The notes: a model not told the origin generated them from the letters alone. DNA of 64,000 nt from Halobacteriovoraceae bacterium (GCA_963719505.1 CAVRCF010000003.1:320001-384000), one strand, 5' to 3'; shown: positions 50,192 to 60,021, counted from the first letter of the stretch. Made by a program: numbers and translations.

Positions 50192-51460
50192 ATGGATAAA
50201 CTCATTGTAAAAGGACCGACCACTTTAAGTGGAGAAGTTAGAGTCTCAAGTGCAAAAAATGCATCTCTACCTATTCTTGCGGCAACGATTTTATATCCAG
50301 GAAAAATAAACTTCAAGAACCTCCCAGGTCTAAGTGATATAAACTTCTTTACGCAAATCTTAGAAAGCTTAGGAGCCGTTGTTTTAAAAACAGATTCTGG
50401 ACATCTGATCGATGGTGAGAATATTAATCGTGTCACGGCAGATTATGAGCTTGTGAGAAAGATGAGGGCTTCGGTCTTGGTTCTTGGTCCACTTTTAGCG
50501 AGATTTAAAAAAGCTAAAGTCTCTCTTCCTGGTGGCTGTGCTATTGGAACGAGACCTGTTGATATACACCTAAAAGGTCTTGAGGCTTTAGGGGCAAAAA
50601 TTGAGATTGAAGAGGGGTATATTAATGCCAGCTGTGACAAGCTAATCGGTGCATCAATTCACCTCTCTTTTCCTTCGGTTGGGGCTACTGAAAATCTAAT
50701 GATGGCCGCGTGCTTTGCACAGGGTGAAACCATTCTTGAAAATGCAGCCTGTGAGCCTGAGATTGAAGATCATGCTAATTTTCTAAATGCCTGTGGTTTT
50801 GAAATCACTGGGGCCGGTACTTCAACGATTAAAATTCAAGGGAAAACAATTGATGATATTAAGTCTGGTAAAACGATTGATTACTCCATTATAGGAGATC
50901 GAATCGAAGCGGCGACCTATATCATAGCTGGTCTTATGACGGATTCTGAAATAACAGTTACAGGCTTTAACCCAAAGCATATTGAAGAGGTTTTAAAGGT
51001 CTTAAAGTCGATGGGAGCAAAGCTTGAAGTTTCCAAAGACTCTGTGAAGGTCTTTAAGTCTGGAAAACTCAATGGTGCAAAAATTGAAACCAGACCTCAT
51101 CCAGGTTTTCCTACTGATGTTCAAGCCCAGCTTATGAGTCTGATGGGAGTTTCAAGAGGGTATTCAATTGTTAGTGAGAAGATCTTTGAAAATCGCTTTA
51201 TGCATGTTCCAGAGCTTGTCAGAATGGGGATGAAAGTTGATCTTGATGGGCATTATGCTTTTATAAGAGGCGTGGAGAAGCCCTCAGGTGCTCCTGTTAT
51301 GTGTACTGATCTTCGAGCAAGTGCGGCTCTTATTTTATCTGCTCTTCTCGTTGATGGAGAAACGACAATAAATAGGATTTATCATCTCGATCGAGGTTAC
51401 GAAAATATCGAAGGGAAACTCAAGTCTCTTGGAGCAAATATTAAAAGGGTGAAAGAATAA
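50192..51460 (+). CDS. murA: UDP-N-acetylglucosamine 1-carboxyvinyltransferase
   Basis: AKNA, MRAS, LPGGCAIG.RP, SVGATEN, DRIEA, PGFPTD.QAQ, DLRA. Confidence 0.97.
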   Translation: MDKLIVKGPTTLSGEVRVSSAKNASLPILAATILYPGKINFKNLPGLSDINFFTQILESLGAVVLKTDSGHLIDGENINRVTADYELVRKMRASVLVLGPLLARFKKAKVSLPGGCAIGTRPVDIHLKGLEALGAKIEIEEGYINASCDKLIGASIHLSFPSVGATENLMMAACFAQGETILENAACEPEIEDHANFLNACGFEITGAGTSTIKIQGKTIDDIKSGKTIDYSIIGDRIEAATYIIAGLMTDSEITVTGFNPKHIEEVLKVLKSMGAKLEVSKDSVKVFKSGKLNGAKIETRPHPGFPTDVQAQLMSLMGVSRGYSIVSEKIFENRFMHVPELVRMGMKVDLDGHYAFIRGVEKPSGAPVMCTDLRASAALILSALLVDGETTINRIYHLDRGYENIEGKLKSLGANIKRVKE

Positions 51461-51801
51461 TGGACTGTTTATTTTGTAAAATCATAAATGATGAGATTCC
51501 TTCAACAAAAGTTTTTGAAAATGAAAACGTTTTGGGGTTTGTGGATATCAATCCCATGGCAAAGAAGCACTTTCTTTTTATTCATAAAGAACACACTACG
51601 GATATTAATGATTTAAGTCTTGTTCATCCAAATCATTTGGCTGACGTTTTTAGTGCTATCCATTCTTTTACAACGGATAGTGGTCTTTCAAATTCTGGCT
51701 TTAGAGTTGTAACAAATAAAGGTTCAGAAGCTGGTCAAACTGTCTTCCATACTCATTTTCATGTTCTCGGTGGAGAGCAGTTAAAAGGGTTTGGAGCTTA
51801 G
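51460..51801 (+). CDS. HIT family nucleotide-binding protein (HinT-like)
   Basis: DCLFCKI, DINP, AGQTVFHTHFHVLGG. Confidence 0.92.
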   Translation: MDCLFCKIINDEIPSTKVFENENVLGFVDINPMAKKHFLFIHKEHTTDINDLSLVHPNHLADVFSAIHSFTTDSGLSNSGFRVVTNKGSEAGQTVFHTHFHVLGGEQLKGFGA

Positions 51802-51802
51802 T

Positions 51803-52573
51803 TTACTTCTCTGCTTGAAGACCTGAGAAAAGAGCAATGAGAATTGATTGTTGTAATTGATTGAAAGTGTTTAGCTTGGCCATAAGAAGGATCGGGCTTA
51901 ATTCAATCTTTGCTGTCGCAATAAGATGTCCTCTGTCTGAGTCGTACTCGGTAATGCTGAATTGCTCGCCAAAGTCTTTCTCATAGTCTTCCATGATTTT
52001 AGCTTCTTTTTCTTTTCCATCAAAAAGTTGTGGTGATTTTTTACCTTTTACGTATGAATAGCAAAGAGTATTTTTCGCCCCTTTTTCTTTTTGTTTTTCT
52101 GTGGGCTCTTTTAAATCATGGAAAATCATTGTGAGCTCGTGGGTGGCAAGGTTTGTTTTTAAGATAAACCAAAGCTCTTCAAAGAAAGCATTTCTATCAT
52201 TGATCCAAAGATCGCGCAAATAGGTGATAAGGCTGTAGATCTGTTCAATTGTTTTTACGTTATTTGTAAGAATCCATCTGGCATTTACTTTTGTGTAAAG
52301 ATCAATCAGCTCTTCAAAGTTTAGGTCTTCAAAGATTTCCTTTTCAACACCCAAAGATTCACTTGGTGTGACAGGATAAAACTTTCCCTCTGCATTTACG
52401 ACATCTTGGATGGCATCCATATCCTCTTCGTTTGAGAAAAAAAGAAGGTTGAGGTTTTGTTCTTTAAGGTTGGTCATGTCTATGACTTTAGATTTAGCTG
52501 ATTTATTGGCGACATCTAGATCTTTTATCATTACTTGAGCTGGTGACTTTATATATCCAATCTTAATTGACAT
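51803..52573 (-). CDS. Hypothetical cytoplasmic protein
   Basis: 256-aa ORF with SD; no recognised motif. Confidence 0.75.
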   Translation of the reverse strand: MSIKIGYIKSPAQVMIKDLDVANKSAKSKVIDMTNLKEQNLNLLFFSNEEDMDAIQDVVNAEGKFYPVTPSESLGVEKEIFEDLNFEELIDLYTKVNARWILTNNVKTIEQIYSLITYLRDLWINDRNAFFEELWFILKTNLATHELTMIFHDLKEPTEKQKEKGAKNTLCYSYVKGKKSPQLFDGKEKEAKIMEDYEKDFGEQFSITEYDSDRGHLIATAKIELSPILLMAKLNTFNQLQQSILIALFSGLQAEK

Positions 52574-52645
52574 GATTTATTCCCTATCCTTTTGGTCTGA
52601 TTTGTTTTTATTCTAACAGACCGGTTTTTAAGTTACAATATCTAG

Positions 52646-53269
52646 GTGAAAGCAATAGCTCTAATATCTCTATTTTTGATTTCCTTCAGCTCTCTGGGTC
52701 AAGATGAGAGGTTTTATCGTAAAATTTTTACGGGTGAATTAACAGATAAGACGCAAGAGGCCATTCAGTATAAAGTTATCGTTAGATCTCCCAGATATGA
52801 AATTGATCTTAACCAAGATAAAATCATGGAAACGATACGAGTTGAAAAAAAAGATGGTTATGATTTTTTCCTCATTTTTGATCAGTTTGGTCGAGAAATC
52901 TTTAATCAAAGACTTCCGGCCATCGGAGCCAAGAGTAGACTTTTAAAAATAGACTTAAAATCCATCACAAAAGATGTCAACACATTGATCCTTCATTTCT
53001 ATGAGGGTGCTATTGATTCAACCAAATTTGAAGCAACGGCAAAACTTTTCTTTGTGACTTTCCAAAAGAATGATTTAAAAAAGATAAAGTTTTTTAACGG
53101 ACCTCATTTTTTCCACGAAAAGGAAAAGGGAAGTCAGTATCTAAACCGCCGCTACACTGTCAATACTCTCGACTATAATAACGATGGCTCCCGTGAGATA
53201 AGTGTCTCTTATAATAAAATTAGTCGGATCTACTTCTATACCAGTTCAGGTGAATGGAAAATGCTCTAA
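52646..53269 (+). CDS. Exported hypothetical protein with FG-GAP-like Ca-binding loops
   Basis: Signal peptide; DLNQDK..E and DYNNDG.REI loops. Confidence 0.7.
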   Translation: MKAIALISLFLISFSSLGQDERFYRKIFTGELTDKTQEAIQYKVIVRSPRYEIDLNQDKIMETIRVEKKDGYDFFLIFDQFGREIFNQRLPAIGAKSRLLKIDLKSITKDVNTLILHFYEGAIDSTKFEATAKLFFVTFQKNDLKKIKFFNGPHFFHEKEKGSQYLNRRYTVNTLDYNNDGSREISVSYNKISRIYFYTSSGEWKML

Positions 53270-53457
53270 ATAACAAGTGTCAAATTTATTGACACCTTCT
53301 ATAGAAAGTTCAAAGAGCGTACGCTAAGTCTTAAATTCCTCTATTATCTAAAAAAGAAAATTTTTGTCGTTTATCGAACATGAAAGTAATCATTTTATTA
53401 GTTTCATTATCGGTCTTGATATCAGTTAAAAACGAATCTTTAAATATAGGAGAAAAA

Positions 53458-54390
53458 ATGAAAACAAAATCTTTAATTGGAGTGCTAAGTCTTGGAGTGT
53501 GTTTGTCCGCGTTCGCGTCTAGTGATAATTACAGAGATCTCAAGGTTAATGACGATGGAACTTCCACCATTATAGGCCCCGCTTTCACCATTGCAACCGG
53601 TGGAAACGCGAGGATTAGTTCGAAATCAAATAGGAATGGAGTTTGTAAACTCTATGGTTTTGATCTTATGATTGGAGAAGGTTCAATTACAGTTGGTGAT
53701 GACAGAGAGAGAACGGCAGTCATCGATGGCAATGGTAGGTACTCGGCTTATACAAGTTATAATAATTCATATAATAACAGCTATATTGACTCGATTGTTT
53801 GTGCGAGAAATCATCAAACTCTAAGCGTATCGGCCAGAACACAGCCTCTATTAAACGACGACGGATCGTTCACGTTACTAGATCCAAAAGTTGGTCATTA
53901 TGATGGGGGAAGAGTGAGTCGAATCAGTGGACACTCTAATCTCGACGGTGTCTGTAACTATCATGGACTTGGAAGGGCTCTTAATGCAACGGCGATTAGA
54001 GTTGGTGACGATAGAGAGCGCACAGTTGTTTTAGAAAGTGGGGGACGATTCCAAGGATTTAAAAAGTACAATAATAGCTACAATAATAGTTATATTAAGA
54101 GTCTTGTTTGTGAAGCCCAAGCCGGATATCCAGATAATAATGGAGAGATTAATGAGACAGTGGAGATCTCTAGACGTGAGCTTTTAAGAATGCAAAATTT
54201 AATAACAAAGCTTCAAGAACTTACAAATGTCCTGAGAACCGATCTTCAAAGAACTCAAGCTGAAAGAGATGCTCTTCGTGCTCAACTTGAACAAGCAATT
54301 GCTGATCTTGAAAGAGAAGTGATTGATAATGGTGAAGCTAAAAGAGAGCTTATGAAACTAAAAGCGCAACTCCTAAGACTTGCGCAGTAA
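53458..54390 (+). CDS. Secreted protein with two tandem ~100-aa Cys-paired domains and a C-terminal coiled coil
   Basis: ATG at 53458 after AGGAG, signal peptide, duplicated NDDG...GVC...VGDDRERT...YNNSYNNSYI.S.VC. Confidence 0.8.
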   Translation: MKTKSLIGVLSLGVCLSAFASSDNYRDLKVNDDGTSTIIGPAFTIATGGNARISSKSNRNGVCKLYGFDLMIGEGSITVGDDRERTAVIDGNGRYSAYTSYNNSYNNSYIDSIVCARNHQTLSVSARTQPLLNDDGSFTLLDPKVGHYDGGRVSRISGHSNLDGVCNYHGLGRALNATAIRVGDDRERTVVLESGGRFQGFKKYNNSYNNSYIKSLVCEAQAGYPDNNGEINETVEISRRELLRMQNLITKLQELTNVLRTDLQRTQAERDALRAQLEQAIADLEREVIDNGEAKRELMKLKAQLLRLAQ

Positions 54391-54415
54391 TCAACAAAAA
54401 TATTTATCATTGAAT

Positions 54416-54441
54416 GAAGCAGTCTTTTAGGCTGCTTTTTT
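54416..54441 (+). terminator. Terminator after 53458..54390
   Basis: AAGCAGTC-TTTTA-GGCTGCTT followed by a T-tract. Confidence 0.6.
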
Positions 54442-54849
54442 CTTGTCTTCTTTTTCAGTTTGCTCAGGTCTGTGATCAGACAGGCTTGCAACATTCTCTT
54501 GTCCAATTGTATCGGCATAAGTCTGATGAGTCGTTTCCTCTTCAGTTGTCGTTCCAAGCTTTTGAGTTGATTTGTTGATGAAAAACCACATCATAAAAGG
54601 AAGAAGAGCAAAAGAGACAAGGGTTAATCCTGCAAGCCACTGAGGTGTTGCGGTCTCCATTGTATTTGGTCCCATATTATTTGCTTTAATGAAGTTCCCA
54701 AAGTTATATTGAACCTCAACTCCTACTGAAGTTGGGTTATAGCTTTCAGTTTCAACTCCCACCACAGGCTCAACTGCCGGTTTTCGAGCAAAGGAATTTG
54801 CTGAAAAAAGGGATAAGAGAACGCCTAGTAGTAAAAAATGTTTTGTCAT
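54427..54849 (-). CDS. Small membrane protein (signal peptide plus one TM)
   Basis: 140-aa ORF; SD GGAG; charged tail ending KKKAA. Confidence 0.75.
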   Translation of the reverse strand: MTKHFLLLGVLLSLFSANSFARKPAVEPVVGVETESYNPTSVGVEVQYNFGNFIKANNMGPNTMETATPQWLAGLTLVSFALLPFMMWFFINKSTQKLGTTTEEETTHQTYADTIGQENVASLSDHRPEQTEKEDKKKAA

Positions 54850-54880
54850 AATAAGTCTCCATTCAAACTTCTTAAATTCT

Positions 54881-54909
54881 TTATCGGAAAAGGGTGTTCA
54901 TTTCTTTAG
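54881..54909 (-). promoter_or_regulatory. Putative sigma28 promoter (leftward)
   Basis: Minus strand cTAAA-N16-TCCGATAA. Confidence 0.6.
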
Positions 54910-54967
54910 TTAATTTCTTTAATTGAGTGGCCCAGTAGGCAATTATTGCAATATTGCTGAAAAAACA

Positions 54968-54996
54968 CTAAAGCATTGATTGATATAGTCCGAATA
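54968..54996 (+). promoter_or_regulatory. Putative sigma28 promoter (rightward)
   Basis: cTAAA-N16-TCCGAATA. Confidence 0.55.
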
Positions 54997-55032
54997 GAAG
55001 GTGAAGTTACAACCTTGAAGTAGGAATAGGAC

Positions 55033-55731
55033 ATGAAAGAAATCACAGCAATGGCAGTTTTTACATTTATTTTCTCGTACGTTATAGGCCAATCAGGCTT
55101 TTGGGGAGAGTTTAAAGAGAAAGCTGAAGTTGTGCATAATTATGAGTTCAAATCCATGATGCTGGCCAAGGAACTCAGACTTGCACAAAAAGAAATTGAA
55201 GTCTTGAGAGGCAAAATCTCCAAGATTAATTTAGAGAAAGAACACCTTGCTCTAAAGGCTGAAGATAAGTCGAGAACACTTGCGAGTGTCCCTCTTAAAT
55301 CAAAAGATGACTTAGTTAATTTCGAGGTCTTTAAATGGTCTGCAGAAAAACTTCTGGGGATTGGAGAGAAAAGTCTTCACTTTAAGAAATATGAAAAAGC
55401 TTCTCAGTACTACCAAACTCTTGTGAAGAATTACCCAAGTAACAAAATTGTGACAGATAAGGTTCTTTTCGAAGCTGGTATTGCCGCTTACGAATCAAAA
55501 AAACATTATCCTTGGGCCGTAAGCCACTTTGAGACGGTAATAAAGAAGTATCCAAAATCCAAGCTAAGAAGAGGGGCTAAGCTTTGGCTAGCACTTTCTC
55601 ACTATCATCAAGGGGATGAAAAAGTCTTTCTTGAGACTGTTGAAGAGTTTAGATCTAAATATAGAAATACAAAAGAGTGGGCCGTCCTAAGTAAATACTA
55701 CGAAGACATTGCCTACAAATATAATAAATAG
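55033..55731 (+). CDS. TPR protein (CpoB/YbgF-like architecture: anchor, coiled coil, TPRs)
   Basis: A..YYQ.LV.NYP and A...FE.VIKKYP.S TPR-like units. Confidence 0.75.
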   Translation: MKEITAMAVFTFIFSYVIGQSGFWGEFKEKAEVVHNYEFKSMMLAKELRLAQKEIEVLRGKISKINLEKEHLALKAEDKSRTLASVPLKSKDDLVNFEVFKWSAEKLLGIGEKSLHFKKYEKASQYYQTLVKNYPSNKIVTDKVLFEAGIAAYESKKHYPWAVSHFETVIKKYPKSKLRRGAKLWLALSHYHQGDEKVFLETVEEFRSKYRNTKEWAVLSKYYEDIAYKYNK

Positions 55732-55740
55732 GAAAAGAAA

Positions 55741-56871
55741 ATGAAACATTTAGTTCTTTTATTATTCATTTTAGGTGCAAGCTTCGTTCACGCAAAAACT
55801 GTGGCAAGAGTTCTCGAAGTTGAAGGTAATGCTTTTAACTTTATGAGTTCTAAAAAAGCAAAGCAACTTATCTATGGTTCGAAAATTGAAGAAGCTTCAG
55901 TTGTTATGGTCGAAGACGGAGCCGTTGTTTCACTGAAGGATGAAGAGGGAAGAGTCTATCATCTTGGTGGAGGTTCGCAGGTAAAACTTTTTAGTAAGTT
56001 GATTGAAGTTCAAAAAGGATACCTTTGGGTTTCTTCTAAACTAAACTCAATTGGAACCATTAGTTCTGCAAATGCTGTCGTTAAATACACTCAAGGACAA
56101 TTCATTTTTAATTTTGATAATTATAGATCTAAATCACAGGTTATGGCCTTAACGGGTAATGTTCAGCTCTCTAATAGTGTGGAGCCTGAACTTCTTGTTG
56201 AAATTCCAGCGGGGCACTTTTCATTTGTCGATAATAAGATTGATGAAGGTATGCCAAGGGGCGCAACCAGAGTGGGATTGAGTTCATACAAAGCCTTTAA
56301 AAGTGTCTTTGACAATAACCAAATGATTCAACACAAAAGCTTTGATAGAGCTTTTGGGGATGAGGAAGCACCAAAAAGAGCTATAGCTTCTGTTGAGCCG
56401 ACTCCAAAAAGAGGGAAAATCATTTATTTTGATGAAGGGTCCTCTCGAGTTCCAGCATCAACTAAACCAGATGCTATGAGCTATTACAAAAGTGTTAAAC
56501 CTTCCAAAAAAGTTGTAAAGAAAGTCAAAAAAGTAAAAATGAGGTTCTTTGGTTTCGATGATACTCCTTCAAGACAGGTGGCAAGTGTGCCGACTCCAGC
56601 ATCTCACATAAAGGACTCCATTCTTAAAGAGAGACAAAGACTTCAAAATGAGATTATGCAGTTAGAGAAAAAGAAAATTGCTGCAAAGTATAAAGCTCAG
56701 ATAGAGGAGAGAAGACAACCTTCGTCAGTCACCCCCTATGCTGATAAAGCAACTGCTTTTGAAAAAAGTCTAAAGAAAAGCGAGCAGCTAAATAAAAGAC
56801 ATTCAGATGAGAGAAACTCTCTTATTGATGAGTTGGAATCTTATAATAGAGCTTACGAGAAGCAGTACTAA
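55741..56871 (+). CDS. Exported FecR-like domain protein with low-complexity C-terminus
   Basis: Signal peptide; ARVLEVEG.A, L..GS.V, G.V.L beta pattern typical of FecR domains. Confidence 0.65.
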   Translation: MKHLVLLLFILGASFVHAKTVARVLEVEGNAFNFMSSKKAKQLIYGSKIEEASVVMVEDGAVVSLKDEEGRVYHLGGGSQVKLFSKLIEVQKGYLWVSSKLNSIGTISSANAVVKYTQGQFIFNFDNYRSKSQVMALTGNVQLSNSVEPELLVEIPAGHFSFVDNKIDEGMPRGATRVGLSSYKAFKSVFDNNQMIQHKSFDRAFGDEEAPKRAIASVEPTPKRGKIIYFDEGSSRVPASTKPDAMSYYKSVKPSKKVVKKVKKVKMRFFGFDDTPSRQVASVPTPASHIKDSILKERQRLQNEIMQLEKKKIAAKYKAQIEERRQPSSVTPYADKATAFEKSLKKSEQLNKRHSDERNSLIDELESYNRAYEKQY

Positions 56872-56990
56872 AAATACTGCTTTTACCTTACTGTCTTCGT
56901 CTACTAAAGACCCTTTCATTCTTTGTATAATTCAATCTTAAAATATGTTAAAATCTCTTCAAATAATCTCTTATATTTGAAGGAAAAATC

Positions 56991-58454
56991 ATGTTTTATT
57001 CCAAAGAACCAGGCCTTACCTATGATGATGTTTTACTCATGCCAAACTACTCAGAGATACTTCCTCACCAAGCAATTTTAAAAACAAAATTCAGTAAAAA
57101 TATTGAATTAAATATTCCCATTGCAAGTTCTGCGATGGATACAGTGACGGAGTCGAGAACGGCAATCACCATGGCCCAAGAAGGTGGCATTGGTGTTATT
57201 CACAAAAATCTTGATATCAAAGCCCAAGCAAAAGAAGTGATGAAAGTTAAAAAGTTTGAGTCGGGAATCATCATGGATCCTATCTGTGTCAAAGAGAATC
57301 AAACCTTAAAAGAGATAAGAAAAGTTGTTGAGAAATATCACTTCTCCGGATTTCCTGTCTTGGATGAATCGGCAAAGGTTGTTGGGATCATAACGAATAG
57401 GGATCTTCGATACGAGCCAGATCTCACTAAGTTTGTATCAGATGTGATGACGGGCATCGATAAACTTGTAACAGCTCCCGAGGGAGTAACTTTAGATGAG
57501 GCCAAAAAGATTCTTCATACTCATCGAATTGAAAAACTTCCTATTGTTCATTCATCGGGAACTTTAATAGGTCTTGTGACAGTTAAAGATATTGAAAAGT
57601 CGATTGCTTATCCAAATGCGAATAAAGATAAGCTTGGGCGCCTAAGAGTTGCTGCAGCAATTGGTGTGGGTGATAGAGAGTTAGAAAGAGCTCGAGCTCT
57701 CGTTGAAGCCGAGGTGGACGCGATTTTAATTGATACAGCTCATGGTCACTCCAAAGGAGTGATTGAAATGGTTAAAAAAGTAAAGGCAATCTCAGAAGCT
57801 GTGGACGTCATTGCTGGAAATGTGGCGACAAAAGCGGGGTGCGAAGACTTGATTAAAGCTGGAGCCGATGGAATAAAAGTTGGTATCGGTCCTGGAAGTA
57901 TATGTACCACGCGAGTGATTGCGGGAATTGGAGTTCCTCAACTTCAAGCTCTTCTTGATTGTAAAGATATCTGTCACGAAAAGGGTGTACCCTTTATTGC
58001 TGATGGGGGAATTAAATATTCGGGCGACATTGTCAAAGCTCTCGCTGCAGGGGCCAGCACCGTTATGATTGGATCTCTTTTTGCTGGGACTGATGAAGCT
58101 CCAGGAGAGAGAGTCATTTACCAAGGTCGAGCTTACAAAATGTATCGTGGTATGGGTTCTATGGGGGCGATGGTTAGAGGCTCAAAAGATCGTTATGGGC
58201 AAGGTAGTGTGACGGAAGATAATAAACTTGTTCCAGAAGGAATTGAAGGACAGGTGCCATTTAGAGGATCACTTTCAGAGAATGTTTATCAACTTCTTGG
58301 TGGTGTAAGGTCTGGAATGGGTTATACCGGAGCTAAAACTCTTGAAGAACTAAGAGAGAAGGGGCAATTTGTCAAAATTTCTCCGGCAGGTTTAAAAGAG
58401 AGTCACCCTCATGATGTGACAATAACAAAAGAAGCTCCTAATTACAGAAGTTAA
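56991..58454 (+). CDS. guaB: IMP dehydrogenase
   Basis: [20 protein letters not shown] pair, [22 protein letters not shown]. Confidence 0.97.
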   Translation: MFYSKEPGLTYDDVLLMPNYSEILPHQAILKTKFSKNIELNIPIASSAMDTVTESRTAITMAQEGGIGVIHKNLDIKAQAKEVMKVKKFESGIIMDPICVKENQTLKEIRKVVEKYHFSGFPVLDESAKVVGIITNRDLRYEPDLTKFVSDVMTGIDKLVTAPEGVTLDEAKKILHTHRIEKLPIVHSSGTLIGLVTVKDIEKSIAYPNANKDKLGRLRVAAAIGVGDRELERARALVEAEVDAILIDTAHGHSKGVIEMVKKVKAISEAVDVIAGNVATKAGCEDLIKAGADGIKVGIGPGSICTTRVIAGIGVPQLQALLDCKDICHEKGVPFIADGGIKYSGDIVKALAAGASTVMIGSLFAGTDEAPGERVIYQGRAYKMYRGMGSMGAMVRGSKDRYGQGSVTEDNKLVPEGIEGQVPFRGSLSENVYQLLGGVRSGMGYTGAKTLEELREKGQFVKISPAGLKESHPHDVTITKEAPNYRS

Positions 58455-58479
58455 AACAAAAAATTAAAAAGGAAATTAA

Positions 58480-60021
58480 ATGGATATCTGGATTGTAGAC
58501 TTTGGATCTCAATACACTCAACTCATTACAAGAAAATCAAGAGAGCTTGGTTATTCAAGTGTTATTGTGACCTACGACAATGCTATTGAGAGACTTGATG
58601 CCGGAGAAAAACCAATGGGATTTATTCTCTCTGGTGGTCCACAGTCAGTCTTTGAAGATAAGTCAGACTATTCAAAAATACTAGATAGCAAGCTTCCGGT
58701 TTTGGGAATTTGTTATGGAATGCAAATCATCGCCCAGTACTTTGATGGGAAAGTTGAAAGAGGTCTTCAAGGTGAGTATGGACATGCTGAGGTTTCCGCT
58801 GAAAGTGATTTTGATTTTCCTAAGATGCCGAAAAAGTTTAACGTATGGATGAGTCACTTTGATCATGTTGTTAACCCTCCAAGTGGGTTTAAAGTTATTC
58901 TTAGATCAAATAATAATCTTATCTCTGCAATTCGAGATAAAGATAGAAAAATAATGGCCTTACAGTTTCATCCGGAAGTTAACCATACAGAATTTGGAAA
59001 TGAAATTCTAAGTTACTTCTTTGAAGAGGTCGCACAGCTTAAAAGTAACTGGTCAAATGATAAAATGCTTGAAGGATGTATTGCAGAAGTTCAAGAGGTA
59101 AAAGGCCATAAGGTTCTTTGTGCCTTCTCTGGTGGTGTCGACTCTTTGGTTGCGGCTACAATTGCCCATGATGTACTAGGAGACGACCTTTACTGTTTCT
59201 TTGTCGACAATGGACTTTTAAGACCTCAAGATTATCATCATATTGAGCTTCTTAAAAAAGAGACACCACTGAATATTGAAGTCATAGATGCGAAGCAATT
59301 ATTCTATGATCGCTTGGCAGGGCTTGGCGATCCAGAAGATAAAAGAAAGGCCATTGGAAAAACTTTTATCGAAGTCTTCGAAAAGAAAGTTCACGACTTT
59401 GAATCTAGTCATAATTTTAAATTTAGCTATCTTCTCCAAGGAACGTTGTATCCAGATGTTATAGAATCTATTTCTCCTCATAAAAAAGGAGGGAAGTCTG
59501 TGACGATAAAGTCTCACCATAATGTGGGAGGTCTTCCAGAGAGAATGAATCTGAAACTTTTAGAGCCTCTAAAATTTCTTTTTAAAGATGAAGTAAGAAG
59601 GTTAGGAGAGTCAGTTTCTCTTCATCATGATTGGGTTTATAGACATCCTTTTCCGGGACCTGGAATCGGAATTAGAGTTCTTGGTGAAATAAAACCTCAT
59701 TACGTAAAGATGGTTCAAGACTCTGATCAAATTCTTTTTGAGGAACTCAAGGAATCTGGATTTTACGAAGCTTGTTGGCAAGCTTTCACAGTCCTACTTC
59801 CCGTTAAAACTGTTGGAGTAAAAGGTGATGCCAGAGCCTATGAAGAAGTCATCTGTGTGAGGATAGTGAACTCAACGGATGGAATGACGGCCACATGGAC
59901 AGATTTCTCTCATGCTTTTCTTTCGAAAGTATCCAATAGAATTACGAATGAAGTCGCCGGTATTACAAGAGTTGTTTATGATATCACCAGCAAACCTCCC
60001 GGCACTATCGAGTGGGAGTAG
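58480..60021 (+). CDS. guaA: GMP synthase (glutamine-hydrolysing)
   Basis: DFGSQYTQLI, GICYGMQ, QFHPEV, SGGVDS, KSHHNVGGLP, KPPGTIEWE. Confidence 0.97.
   Translation: MDIWIVDFGSQYTQLITRKSRELGYSSVIVTYDNAIERLDAGEKPMGFILSGGPQSVFEDKSDYSKILDSKLPVLGICYGMQIIAQYFDGKVERGLQGEYGHAEVSAESDFDFPKMPKKFNVWMSHFDHVVNPPSGFKVILRSNNNLISAIRDKDRKIMALQFHPEVNHTEFGNEILSYFFEEVAQLKSNWSNDKMLEGCIAEVQEVKGHKVLCAFSGGVDSLVAATIAHDVLGDDLYCFFVDNGLLRPQDYHHIELLKKETPLNIEVIDAKQLFYDRLAGLGDPEDKRKAIGKTFIEVFEKKVHDFESSHNFKFSYLLQGTLYPDVIESISPHKKGGKSVTIKSHHNVGGLPERMNLKLLEPLKFLFKDEVRRLGESVSLHHDWVYRHPFPGPGIGIRVLGEIKPHYVKMVQDSDQILFEELKESGFYEACWQAFTVLLPVKTVGVKGDARAYEEVICVRIVNSTDGMTATWTDFSHAFLSKVSNRITNEVAGITRVVYDITSKPPGTIEWE

Noticed and set aside
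54928..54958. TGGC...GC and GCAATATTGC as a sigma54 promoter
   Set aside because: GG-to-GC spacing is 8 rather than 10, and the palindrome is too short to support a claim.
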